Source: an uncultured virus (IMG/VR IMGVR_UViG_3300050131_000019)
Lineage: Duplodnaviria > Heunggongvirae > Uroviricota > Caudoviricetes
IMG/VR virus record: IMGVR_UViG_3300050131_000019
Span: 1-64,000 of that record
Direction: 5' to 3' (one strand)
Length of the DNA stretch: 64,000 nucleotides
Below are positions 39,240-49,529 of this stretch, in pieces; the stretch's first letter is position 1, and each line of letters starts with the position of its first letter. A program made the position numbers and the translations under genes. Under the pieces are notes generated by a model. It had not been told where the DNA came from. It made no database searches and was given only the letters and a program-made list of their open reading frames with translations.

Positions 39240-39596
39240 ATGGACAATTTCATGACTGATTACGAAGAGCTTACCCCGGACCAGATCGCGGAAGAGGCTC
39301 AAGAACGAATTAACAAAGCGGCTGATCTTCAGTTTACTGTAAATACTAAGGGCTGGAATACTCTGCTTGCTACCTTCGAAGAAATGAAGGACGCCCAGAT
39401 CGCCAATTTTATGGCAATCCCCCCAGGTTCCGCGAACGAAAAAGATATCATTGCCGCGCACAACGTTGCGTATACTACAGCTTTTATTCTAAATGAAGTT
39501 GTTAACGCGACTAACCGAGCAATTCAAGATGGGTTCAACGCTCAAGCCGAACTACAATCTTTTAAGAACCCCGAGGTCAGTTCCGAATGGGAATAA
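39240..39596 (+). CDS. Hypothetical head-module protein
   Basis: Lies after the portal, SD AGGA. Confidence 0.7.
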   Translation: MDNFMTDYEELTPDQIAEEAQERINKAADLQFTVNTKGWNTLLATFEEMKDAQIANFMAIPPGSANEKDIIAAHNVAYTTAFILNEVVNATNRAIQDGFNAQAELQSFKNPEVSSEWE

Positions 39597-42500
39597 ATAA
39601 ACTTATAGTGTTTCTTCTCTTGGCGACAGGACTGTGTTATTCACAGTCTGCCCAGAGGATTTCCGTTGCCATACAAAGCCCAGCGGCTGCGGCGGGTTAC
39701 GCTAGAATTATTCCCCATGCCTCTATCTACGTTTGTACATATAACTCTCAGTTGAACTGCTCTTCCGGTAATTACCTTTCTATTTATTCGGATGTAGGTC
39801 TTACGAGCGGAATTGCACAGCCATTGGTTGCTGATTCTGTGGGTGGTTATCAGTATTATATTCAGGCAGGTACGCAGGTAGTCGAGAAGGTTTGTTATAC
39901 GGGGGCGCAGTGCCAAAGCTACGCGGTGTATATAGGAACTAGTAACCTATCCATATCCGGGAATGGCGCTCCTACCCAGACGTGTTCTCTCCCCAATCAA
40001 GGTCAAATCTATATAGATAACCTGAATGGACAGATTTATTCCTGCAACGGGACTATCTGGCAAATAGCTGCCACCACCGCCGTGCCAGCTTCTCCCTCCT
40101 TTGCGATACAGTTTGCTAACTCGGGGGCTACACACTTTCAGGCGGACTCATCTATAACTGTGAATCCAACTACGCACACGTTCACAGCACCGAATGTATC
40201 TGCAAGCACCGTCGTGGCTGGCGCTATATCGCCCGGATTTACAGTCTCAATCAAAGACCCGCGCTGCGGTGGCGCAGTGGATGGGGTAACAGACGATGCA
40301 GCCGCCTGGACGGCTTGTATCGCACTGGCGTCGGCAAATAGCGGAACCGTCACAACGGATGGATTGTCACTGCTGGAAAGCACACCAACGATTCCGAGCA
40401 CTGGAAATTTCAAGATCGAAGGCACAACTCCTGGCGCGGGAATGCTTTTCTCAAATCCATCGGGATGGGCCAGAACGGTCGTCCTCCCGTGGCTTTATGG
40501 ATCCACAATCAATGCGGGAATTTACGTGCCCTCTGGTGCTTCTAATATCACGATTGAGGATATGGCTTTGACCTGCGCACCATCGAGCGCAACAGGTTGC
40601 GGAACGCCAATATTCTTGCTCGATGACAACAACATCACGCTACGTAATAATACCTATGGGGCTGGGATCTGGAGCAACTACGGAAATGGCATTGAGTTTT
40701 TCGGAGGTCACGACCTAACTTTCGATGGGGGAACGATCTTCGGGTATAACTCTGCTGGAATCCGAGGCAACTACTCGTCTGGATTGAGCGGCACGTCCCT
40801 GAGAGTTCATGCGCGGAATCTGAATATTCAAGGCGCTAATCCATCGAGTATATACACCCCCGGATCGTTGGAGTTTTTCAATTCCCAATCAAGCGATTTT
40901 ACCAACAACAATATCGACCAAGGTAATGTGTTGAAACCCGTCTCCAACCCTTGCTGTGGGTACGGCGGACTGTTCTACACGACTGCCAATCATCACATTC
41001 CGATTACGTCGCTCTCTGGCATGGGCCATTCGATGACAGCCACGGTCCCAGGTAGCTCACCTATCCCGATCACGTCCATGACCACCTCTGGGACGACGAC
41101 GACAATTACGGTAGGAAGTACACTCTTTCCGTCAGTTCTCGTTCCCGCCCAGACGGTTCTTTGTGGAAATTATGGAGTTGTTGGAGGCACCGGCACTTTA
41201 CCAGCAAACGGGTATTGCACAATCATCGGAACCAATCAGGTAATGTTCCCAACACCCAGTTATGATGCGACCGGGGCTAATCTGACAAACGCTGTCTTCT
41301 GGCTTTACGGATTCCTTCCCGACATCGGCCAGCAGTTTTACGTTGACCTGGCCGGTGTGTTTAGGGGAAACGCATCCATCAGCAGCCTGACCTACACCGC
41401 CTCTTATCTGACTGGGACGTTGAGCACCGGGCATTACTCAGTGCAGGACATTGGCACCTATTATGCCTGCACAATTGGGGGCATAACCGCGCCCACGTTG
41501 CCAAGCATCACCGCAAACGTAGCTGGTGGAGCAATCACCAGCTACACAGTGGTCAGCGGCGGAGCAAATGCCACCCAGGATTACAGTTTCACCATCACGG
41601 ATTCGACAGGCACAGGGGCAACCACGGGCGCACAGACATTTAATTCCAGTGGGGCATTGACGGCTTTAGCGGCAGGGACAGCTACAGGGTCGGGTTATAC
41701 AAGCCCGACTGTTACCGTGAGTGGTGGGGATGGGCTGAGCGGTAATTATAGCTGCACGGTCGCAAGCGCCGCTCCCGATACATTTACGACTCAGTTGCCG
41801 GGGCTGCATTCCGTGATTCCGGCAGCAGCGGTGGCGACTGCCACGGTTTCCAGACAGTTAGGCGTCTCCACGATGGCAACCGTCACTGGGTATGGTTCTT
41901 TTACGTTTGGCTTGGCGGGCGGAGACACAACGGGAGTCAATCTCTCTAATAGCATCCTGTCCATGACGGGCACGACGACGATCACGGTTACAGTTGGAGC
42001 GGGCATCCTCCCTCCAGTTGGCTCGACGTTCGTCGCGAACATCATAGGCGTTACGGGCGGGACCGGAACCCTGAACGGATATTTCTTCTACTCGACAGTC
42101 GCATCGCCGACCACATTCACTTTCCAGCAGTCCAAGGCTTCCGCTGTTGGTGCGAACGTATCAAGTGCTTATCTAGTGGCGCAGGCTGGCGTAGTTTCCG
42201 CGTTCGATACGTCGAGCGGCAACAAGTACAGTAACACTGGCGGCACGGGGATATACTTTGCAGATTGCAATTTGTGCAGTTCCGAAGGCGATCACTTTTT
42301 CAATATCGATCAGCAAGAGCTAGACACCTCGTTGCCGGTTGGAGCCGTGGCAATGAACGGCGTCATCGGGGGTGTAATTGATGGGGACGTAGTAAACGGG
42401 TCAGCAACAAACTGCTTTGAGGCCGAGATTACCTTTGGGTTGGTCATTTCTGGAAGTTCATGCAAAGATGCTACTGAAAGCGGCATCAAACTAGCCGGGG

Positions 42501-44158
42501 TCTTCAACTACAGCATCGGAGATTATACTCAGACGGGAACCTCAAGGTTTGGCGTCAATATCAACGGAGTTTCTACGGGTGCAACGGGGACGCTCAACAT
42601 TTCCGGCACTACCTCTGTCGCCATAAATCCATATGGCAGCGCGTCCAGCAATCTGATCTTCGGAGGCCCCACGAAGATTTTAGCATCGCAAGGATTTTGC
42701 TTGGAGGATAACACTACCGCATCATCCTACACCGGTCTCGATTGCAACGGAGTCCCGCTGATAGTCAGTGGCACAAACCAGAGTTTCGACAACCTGAGCG
42801 TTGAGAACATTCCAGCATCTAGTCCGGCGATTACCTTGTTAAATTCAACGAACGCATCATTCACAAACCTGATCGCATCTAATCTGTCGAATCTTTTCTA
42901 CACTTCAGGATTCAATTCGAATCCCAACATAAACGGAGGCCAAGTTTCCAATGTGGCCGATCCATACCTTGAAGCCTACCCGGCCTATGTCACCGGGTCT
43001 GTGGCCACTGGGTCCAATGTAATTCAATCCATAAGCAGTACACTTGGCGTGGGCGACATTGTTTCTGACGCGACAGTGTTTGGCGGCTCTGGACACATAC
43101 CAATAGGTTCGGTCGTGCTTTCGGTTAACTCCGGGACGGGTTGCACATCGGCATGTGTGGTCATATCCAACACGGCAACTGGAACCGTTTCGGGGGATAT
43201 ACTTTACGTTTTTGGCTCGGTGACGACGGGTATGAAGTGGTACAACGTAACAGCCACTGGCGGCGCCGGAGCGGGCCAGGGATTCTTGGCGTACTCGATT
43301 CAAGGGCTAGATATGCAGGGTGGCAGTTTCTCGGGCTACTCTGGAAGTGTAATTGATTTGCGTGGCACAAGCGGAACCAGCACACCCAACTCAGTGAAGG
43401 GTGTCACAATCGCAGGCGGGTCTAGAAGCCTTGGCGTGTCTCAGCAAGCGAGCAATACCACTGCAACAGCCAACTCCTTCAGCGGGGCAACGTCCGCCGG
43501 AATCTCCGATCTCACATCGAATCTGGGAAACAGTTATCTAGGCAACTTCTTATCTGGCATAACTGCGCCAACAGCGATCAGCAATGTCAATGCTGTAGTC
43601 ACCGGAAACGTGGCAGGGATAGGCACGGGGACACCAACCTCGGCAAGCATCCCATGCAACGCGAATAGCGTGTCGAATCTTTATTACCAAGCATCGACCG
43701 CCAGCGGCAGACAGCCGTGGATGTGCGATCCTGTGACGGTAACATGGGTACAAGTTCCCGCTCCTAGTGCGGTGCAATTCAACACCGTTAAAACGGTGGC
43801 CAGCGTGCCACTGACAACCTACTCAGGTACGGCTGGTATTGGAACAACTACCCTACGGACTCCGAGTGCGACCGGACTTTTCCAACTGTGTGTCTATATG
43901 GAAGTAGACACGGTGGGAACCGCCGGAAATTTCCAGTTCGGAGTAGGTTACACGTCGGCATTCGGGAGCGCCGCGCACAACAGCAATATCGGGACATCTG
44001 TTGCCGTCAGCACACCGCACGCAACTACATTTCCGGGGTCTGCGTGTTCGACATTTGGGGCTAAAGCTGGCACTAATATCGTGTACCAGATCACGGCTAC
44101 TAGTGTCACGGGCACACCGACAATCGAGTACGGCGCGACGTTGACGCAATTGCAATAG
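39587..44158 (+). CDS. Large tailspike/fiber-like beta-helix protein with signal peptide
   Basis: GAVDGVTDDAAAW pectate-lyase-like entry motif and G/S/T/N-rich beta-helix repeats. N-terminal domain shared with 54718..57318. Confidence 0.8.
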   Translation: MGINKLIVFLLLATGLCYSQSAQRISVAIQSPAAAAGYARIIPHASIYVCTYNSQLNCSSGNYLSIYSDVGLTSGIAQPLVADSVGGYQYYIQAGTQVVEKVCYTGAQCQSYAVYIGTSNLSISGNGAPTQTCSLPNQGQIYIDNLNGQIYSCNGTIWQIAATTAVPASPSFAIQFANSGATHFQADSSITVNPTTHTFTAPNVSASTVVAGAISPGFTVSIKDPRCGGAVDGVTDDAAAWTACIALASANSGTVTTDGLSLLESTPTIPSTGNFKIEGTTPGAGMLFSNPSGWARTVVLPWLYGSTINAGIYVPSGASNITIEDMALTCAPSSATGCGTPIFLLDDNNITLRNNTYGAGIWSNYGNGIEFFGGHDLTFDGGTIFGYNSAGIRGNYSSGLSGTSLRVHARNLNIQGANPSSIYTPGSLEFFNSQSSDFTNNNIDQGNVLKPVSNPCCGYGGLFYTTANHHIPITSLSGMGHSMTATVPGSSPIPITSMTTSGTTTTITVGSTLFPSVLVPAQTVLCGNYGVVGGTGTLPANGYCTIIGTNQVMFPTPSYDATGANLTNAVFWLYGFLPDIGQQFYVDLAGVFRGNASISSLTYTASYLTGTLSTGHYSVQDIGTYYACTIGGITAPTLPSITANVAGGAITSYTVVSGGANATQDYSFTITDSTGTGATTGAQTFNSSGALTALAAGTATGSGYTSPTVTVSGGDGLSGNYSCTVASAAPDTFTTQLPGLHSVIPAAAVATATVSRQLGVSTMATVTGYGSFTFGLAGGDTTGVNLSNSILSMTGTTTITVTVGAGILPPVGSTFVANIIGVTGGTGTLNGYFFYSTVASPTTFTFQQSKASAVGANVSSAYLVAQAGVVSAFDTSSGNKYSNTGGTGIYFADCNLCSSEGDHFFNIDQQELDTSLPVGAVAMNGVIGGVIDGDVVNGSATNCFEAEITFGLVISGSSCKDATESGIKLAGVFNYSIGDYTQTGTSRFGVNINGVSTGATGTLNISGTTSVAINPYGSASSNLIFGGPTKILASQGFCLEDNTTASSYTGLDCNGVPLIVSGTNQSFDNLSVENIPASSPAITLLNSTNASFTNLIASNLSNLFYTSGFNSNPNINGGQVSNVADPYLEAYPAYVTGSVATGSNVIQSISSTLGVGDIVSDATVFGGSGHIPIGSVVLSVNSGTGCTSACVVISNTATGTVSGDILYVFGSVTTGMKWYNVTATGGAGAGQGFLAYSIQGLDMQGGSFSGYSGSVIDLRGTSGTSTPNSVKGVTIAGGSRSLGVSQQASNTTATANSFSGATSAGISDLTSNLGNSYLGNFLSGITAPTAISNVNAVVTGNVAGIGTGTPTSASIPCNANSVSNLYYQASTASGRQPWMCDPVTVTWVQVPAPSAVQFNTVKTVASVPLTTYSGTAGIGTTTLRTPSATGLFQLCVYMEVDTVGTAGNFQFGVGYTSAFGSAAHNSNIGTSVAVSTPHATTFPGSACSTFGAKAGTNIVYQITATSVTGTPTIEYGATLTQLQ

Positions 44159-44258
44159 GCAACGCCGTGTTGTGCGGGGCAACGGACACGAGCACTTATA
44201 ACTACGACATCCTGAACTAAGCACTGAAGCTGGCGGCACAGCGGTACCCCGAGGAGCT

Positions 44259-44679
44259 ATGAAAAATCCAATTCTACCGATTCTACTGACGATCTTTCTA
44301 TTTGGTGTTGGGGCCTCTGCCCAGTCTACCTACTGGGTACCTGGTAGCGGTGGCACTGTAACTAGCGTAGCAGGTACCACCAATCAAATTGATGTGGCTA
44401 CAGGTACGACCACAGCGATTATATCGCTCGATCCGGCCCTAAATTTGGGAGGTACTTTCACGGCGCATCAGTTCTACGGCAACAACCGGAACTATCGCTA
44501 CTATCAATTTCTCTGCCACTCTAGGAGTGGCCCCCGGATTGTGTATCGTCAGCCAGAATGGCGGGGGATCCCTATTTGACGTTGGTCACGGGGTCCCGAG
44601 TACCGCATCCTTTACCATTACGGCGGGATTAACGGTGGCAGCATCTACCCTGAATGTAGACTACAACTGCATTTTGTAA
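44259..44679 (+). pseudogene. Frameshifted or internally deleted fiber-like gene with signal peptide
   Basis: Fiber-like up to HQFYGNN (~44485), then continues in another frame as TGTIATINF..VDYNCIL to TAA at 44679. Confidence 0.6.
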
Positions 44680-44749
44680 CTTTTTTATAGCAACATTCCG
44701 TTTTCCGGAAAAATAACCGGCTCTGGGATTCAGAGCAGTTAAGGACAAT

Positions 44750-45901
44750 ATGCCAGTAGACGAACAGAATGAAGTATTCAATGAGTGGTCTCAGGGAGTT
44801 AGCCTAGCTAACTCGGACTACTTCCAAGAGGTCCCGACTGAGCTTGATAACCCCGCAAACTTTGTGGTTCCAGATCAACCTGTAGCTCCAGAACAAGTAC
44901 TTCCCGCTGCGCCAGAACAAGTACTTCCTGTAGATAACGAACCTGAAGTTATCCAGCTTGAAGATGGGGGAACAGTAACCATCGAGAAAACCAGTAAGGG
45001 ATGGAAGGCCATTCTGGATAGTGGAACCCCCGGTGTCCCCCAGGAGAATTTTTACGGCGGAACTTGGCGTCAACTTTTGGCCGGTCTTGCGAAGGGTAAG
45101 CTCGAAGCCTCGAAGACTATCAAGAAGCTTAAGAAAGAAAAACTGTTAGGTGGAGATGAAAATACCCCACTCCCGGCCCCGGTCTCCCGACCCCTTAAAG
45201 TGAGCGTTCCTACGGCGGACGAGGTTTACGCAGTCAAGAATAAGTTTGATGAGAATATTGTTGATGGGTTTGATGAGTACTTCCGGAAACGTTTTGGGGT
45301 AGACCCAGAAGTTTTTGCCGAGAAGCTGAAGTCAGCAGACGGCGCGGAACGAATCGTTAACGCCCAGATTATCAAGAAGGCAATTGATGAAGTTAATGGG
45401 GATTTTGTAAGAGAGAACCCGGACTACGTAGAAAATTATACAGGGTCCGATGTATGGCAGGAAAATGCCCGACTCCTTATCTCCAGAATTAGCAAGACAT
45501 ATTTGAACAAAAAGATTTCCAAGAAGACTCCGGACGAGGAAGTAGACAACACTGTTGCTGAACTTTACTCGAAAGGTTTTTGGACAGTAGAGAATTTAGA
45601 AACCGCGAAGGATGAGTTGATCGATAGCGAATTGCTTAAGCGTTCAACCAAACCCCACGTTTCTACGACTCAACCCCAGCAAGTGGCGGCACCTGTAGTG
45701 ACCCGCCCATCCGAGCAACCCGCCCCGCGTATTGCAGCGACTCCCGGACAGCCAATGGTTCTAGGTTTCTCAGCTAGCAACAGTTCACCCTCTGCTACAC
45801 CGGAACCCCGAACGTTGACAGACACCGATCTTCAATCCCTCCCAATGGAGCAGCTACGGAAAATCGCGGCGGCTCAGATACAAGCGATGAGGGGAAGATA
45901 G
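44750..45901 (+). CDS. Putative capsid scaffolding protein
   Basis: Acidic and Pro-rich, immediately upstream of the capsid gene. Confidence 0.7.
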   Translation: MPVDEQNEVFNEWSQGVSLANSDYFQEVPTELDNPANFVVPDQPVAPEQVLPAAPEQVLPVDNEPEVIQLEDGGTVTIEKTSKGWKAILDSGTPGVPQENFYGGTWRQLLAGLAKGKLEASKTIKKLKKEKLLGGDENTPLPAPVSRPLKVSVPTADEVYAVKNKFDENIVDGFDEYFRKRFGVDPEVFAEKLKSADGAERIVNAQIIKKAIDEVNGDFVRENPDYVENYTGSDVWQENARLLISRISKTYLNKKISKKTPDEEVDNTVAELYSKGFWTVENLETAKDELIDSELLKRSTKPHVSTTQPQQVAAPVVTRPSEQPAPRIAATPGQPMVLGFSASNSSPSATPEPRTLTDTDLQSLPMEQLRKIAAAQIQAMRGR

Positions 45902-45925
45902 CAACAATAAACAAGGTGGGTCATA

Positions 45926-48093
45926 ATGGCCTATACTCCCGCAGTAAATACAGTTACCAGTGGTAACTTTCCTAACGCTTTGGCCGTTTACTATGAGCGT
46001 AAAGCAATTCCAAACCTTAAAGCAAGCACTCCGTTTCTGGGGGCAACAAAGCAGTGGCCTTTGCCGAGGCACTCCGGTAACGTGATTCAGTTCTTCTCCT
46101 ATAACCTCTTGGGCGCGAATGTCTCTCAGACCACCGAGGGTTTCGTGGGTTCTCCTGTTCCCGAGAGCGCAGTCAAGATTCAGGCGACAATCGGTGAACT
46201 TGCTGCTTAACAGCTAACTGGCCGATATAAAATTCCGCTAAATCGGTGAACATCTGTGGTATAATGGTGTTATGCCAACAGAAAATACCGAGCTAACTCA
46301 AATGAAAGATCACACAAAAGCGTATATGGCCGGAGTCCTCGACGGAGACGGTCATCTAGGAATTCAGAAACACGGGCAGTATAGTCCTAGTATACAGGTT
46401 TGTGGTGAGTCTAAATCGCTTATGGAATGGATCGTCCTTAACTTTGGGGGATCAATCCGCAAAGAAAAAATCAAGAGCGGTAAAGACTTCTACAAATGGA
46501 TACTCTACGGGAAGAATTCTCAAAAAGATTTCGTAGAAGGTATCACACCTTTTGTGTTCATAAAAAGATCACAAGCAGAGATTCTCCAAGAGTTTCTTAA
46601 TATCAATCGGAGTGACTACGATCCGGAAAAGAGAGAATCTTACTATCTAGCAATTAGGAAAGCTAGATCATTGAGCAGCGTAGAGACTGACATGCGGAAC
46701 AAACTAGACAATAAACTGGCTTGCGCTTATGCGGCTGGTCTGGTTGATACAGACGGACACATAAATTTATACACGGTTCCCTCGGGAAAGTCTAAAGGTA
46801 GCATACGAACAGGAATAGAAATCGTAAATATCTATAGACCTATTCTCGATGAGCTAGCAAGGCAGTTTGGGGGTCACGTAAGGAAAAGAACAGAAGACGG
46901 GTACAAGACTCGGTATCAGTGGTTCGTTACTGATATGAAATCCGAGGAAAAACTCCTTCTGGCGATGCTCCCTTATATGATTGTGAAGAGAGAAAAAGCA
47001 GAAAATCTTCTCAAGCACCTCCGAGAAAGACTTAGTTTGAAGATACAGCCCGAACTCATAGGTGACTATGAGAGTGTCCCAGTGGGAACGCTGAAGACCT
47101 AAACACGTTTGCAATACGCTGATTACACCAATAGCTCTGACCTGTTCTTGGATACGGCGATTGACGACAAGGGCGCACTTAGCTCTTTGGCCGAGGAAAT
47201 GAACTATCGCCTCGCCCTCACCCTGAATCTGTTGGTCTCCACGGCTGCGGATTCTCTGAATGGCATCGACGGTTCTGTGAATCAGCAGTTGGCAGTCGGT
47301 ACCTATCTTACCGCGTCGAACCTGCGTACCATCGCTCAGCAGCTTGAGTCGGTGAACGTTCGTCCGTTCGAAGCCAACACCTACGCCGGGGTTATCAATC
47401 CTCTGGTTGTGCATGATATCTATAATGACGCCAGCTTCAACGGCCTCACGGATATCATGAAGCGCCAGTCCGATTCTTCGAAGAAGTTGTTCGAAGGTCT
47501 GGATCGTGACGCCCCTCTGGAGTTCGCGGGTATTAAGTTCAAGAGCACCACAACCGCATCGGCTGTGACCATCTCTTCGAACATTTACTATCCCACGTAC
47601 ATCTTCGGTGACGATGCTCTTCTAAGTATCTTCCTCGGTCCTAATCCGGCTGACAAGAACAAGAAGAACTACTCACTGAATATCCAGATGGCTCCCGAAG
47701 GCGGCTCGGTCTCCGACCCGGCTCGCTTGATTGGTGAACTTGCTGCTTAAGCAGCTAATCGGCCAATCTAAAACTCAGCTATATCGGTGAACCTCTCCTA
47801 AAATTTTAGGAGACAATACCGAGGGAAGACTAGGGAAAGTACCTAAACCTAGAACCCGTAACGACTAATACGCTGGGCCTTCGAAAGAAGTGAAGATAGA
47901 GTCTGAGCTATACGGCGACGTATAGAGTGTCTCCGGGGTGATCCGGGGGTGGATTAAGTCCACGATGACCTGAAAAGGCATCTCCAAAACGCAACTGGGG
48001 TGGATTTCATATAACTGTAAGTTCGTGGTCACGCCTCCGCCCGGAGTAGTTATGAGGGCACGCAAGCTCCTGAGCCAGACGTCTTCAAGCTAA
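45926..48093 (+). CDS. Major capsid protein (N4-gp56-like), join(45926..46195,47112..47735,47998..48093), about 329 aa
   Basis: Splicing gives in-frame junctions QATIG|QYADY and PARLIG|GWISYN. An alternative 3' site at G47991 would add QL. Confidence 0.88.
46196..47111 (+). mobile_element. Group I intron 1 in the capsid gene (916 nt) carrying a LAGLIDADG ORF
   Basis: P1 ATCGGT/GCCGAT with U-G at the splice site. P3 TTCCGC/GCGGAA. P4 TCGGT/ACCGA. R element GTAGAGACTG, S element AAGATACAGCC. P9 CTCATAG-GTGA-CTATGAG. Terminal G. Confidence 0.9.
46272..47102 (+). CDS. Double-motif LAGLIDADG homing endonuclease
   Basis: YMAGVLDGDG and YAAGLVDTDG. Confidence 0.92.
   Translation: MPTENTELTQMKDHTKAYMAGVLDGDGHLGIQKHGQYSPSIQVCGESKSLMEWIVLNFGGSIRKEKIKSGKDFYKWILYGKNSQKDFVEGITPFVFIKRSQAEILQEFLNINRSDYDPEKRESYYLAIRKARSLSSVETDMRNKLDNKLACAYAAGLVDTDGHINLYTVPSGKSKGSIRTGIEIVNIYRPILDELARQFGGHVRKRTEDGYKTRYQWFVTDMKSEEKLLLAMLPYMIVKREKAENLLKHLRERLSLKIQPELIGDYESVPVGTLKT
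47736..47997 (+). mobile_element. Group I intron 2 in the capsid gene (262 nt, no ORF)
   Basis: P1 GATTGGT/GCCAATC. P3 CTCAGC/GCTGGG. R element GTAACGACTA, S element AAGATAGAGTCT. P9 CTATACG-GCGA-CGTATAG. Confidence 0.9.
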
Positions 48094-48140
48094 ACAAAAC
48101 AAAGGACTTATAGTTTATAGAAAATATTTTCTATAAGTCC

Positions 48141-48169
48141 TTGACTCAGTGAAGTTTTCGTGGTATAAT
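48141..48169 (+). promoter_or_regulatory. Sigma70-like promoter
   Basis: TTGACT-17-TATAAT with extended TG. Confidence 0.78.
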
Positions 48170-48263
48170 GTAGTTAGGATCAAACTTCCGGTGTCATGAA
48201 CCGGAACACCCGAGGGGAGTTAGCTCCTACTTTCTCCCCTCAAAAATTCTTCTAGGAGGAAGA

Positions 48264-49016
48264 ATGTACGATATTTACGAATATACGAATCTAATTAATA
48301 ACAAGAAGTATGTCGGGCAGAGTATAGATAAAGATACCCGGAGACGGCAGCACTTATACGAGGCTAAAAGGGGTTCTACCTGTCCCTTTCATCGTGCCAT
48401 AAGAAAATACGGAATAGATAACTTCTCTTTTAGAATTATTGAATCTGTAGATACTCAAAAAGGCGCTGACGATCAAGAAGACTTTTGGATAAACGAACTA
48501 GACACGCGAAGCCGGGATCGAGGATATAATCTCAGGGGTGGGGGGATAGCAGGTCTCTTAGCTGAAGAGAGTAAGCAAAAAATCAGTAATTCTCTTACTG
48601 AGTACTACTCCGATGAAAAGAACCGCGAAACTATTAGGGATTCCTTGAAGAATTACTATGAGCAGAACCCGGATCGTGTAGAGAAGATACGGGAGGAGTC
48701 CAGAGAGAATATAAAGGAAAGAAAGAGAAATGACTTGGGTCAACTTCTTCCGTCTTCGGGTGTTCCCGTTCCCGAGAAGACTCCAGAGGAGAAAAAAGCT
48801 ATTAATAAAAGAAAAAGCGAAATGATGCTTTCCAAGTCTCCCGAAGAAAAGGCTCGGATCAGCAAGAAGTTAAGTGATGCCCAGAAAGCCAGATATGCTG
48901 CTATGACCCCGGAAGAAAAAGAAGCCTTTTGTAAAAGAAAACGAGAGATTTCAGTTGCATATCACGCCAAAAAGAAATCAGGAATCCAATGCACAGTAGC
49001 CCAAGAAAATTCGTAA
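48264..49016 (+). CDS. GIY-YIG homing endonuclease
   Basis: IYEYTN..KYVGQS..RRRQH..AIRKYG..GYNLRGGG, with NUMOD-like C-terminus. Confidence 0.88.
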   Translation: MYDIYEYTNLINNKKYVGQSIDKDTRRRQHLYEAKRGSTCPFHRAIRKYGIDNFSFRIIESVDTQKGADDQEDFWINELDTRSRDRGYNLRGGGIAGLLAEESKQKISNSLTEYYSDEKNRETIRDSLKNYYEQNPDRVEKIREESRENIKERKRNDLGQLLPSSGVPVPEKTPEEKKAINKRKSEMMLSKSPEEKARISKKLSDAQKARYAAMTPEEKEAFCKRKREISVAYHAKKKSGIQCTVAQENS

Positions 49017-49529
49017 TATATACGGAGGCTTCCGTTTCTGATCCAGCCTTCGTTGTTGTAGCGGAGGAAATTTTTCCAGATAAAAGTCCAGTCCGTTATA
49101 GCGATTTCAGCGTTTTGAAATCCATCATTGCTCAAGTAGAAGGAACTCCCGGATACAACACCGGGGTGTATTTTAGGAACTAAAAGGAAACCCATGCCTG
49201 ACGAAAAAGTTGTAGTTCCCGCAGTGGCTCCGGTTGTAGCGGCTCCCGCCGTTCCCGCCCCTGAAAAATATGTCACCCTCGAAAAGTTTGCAAAACTGGT
49301 AACTCTACTTGCCGATCATGGCATTCATCTGAAGTAGGGCGGTTTCTAGCGGGATTCGACAGGGCCTATCCTTGGCCGGTGACTCCCTGAAGATTGTTTG
49401 GTCTCGCAAATACATTCCAAGGCTACCGTAGGCACACCGCCTACTATTCCGGAAAATGGACTAGCGGGCCAAGACCTTTCAAGACCTCCCGCAAAATTAC
49501 TCCCCGCCCCTTCAATTTCTTGGAGACCA

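Noticed and set aside
47109..47750. Independent 213-aa gene starting at TTG
   Set aside because: No SD. The TTG is the last three bases of intron 1 and the ELAA-stop ending is the start of intron 2. This is capsid exon 2.
49337..49365. tmRNA-like 5' end (GGGCGG..GGATTCGAC)
   Set aside because: No T-arm/CCA 3' end or tag reading frame at the expected distance. Retained only as a generic structured-RNA candidate.
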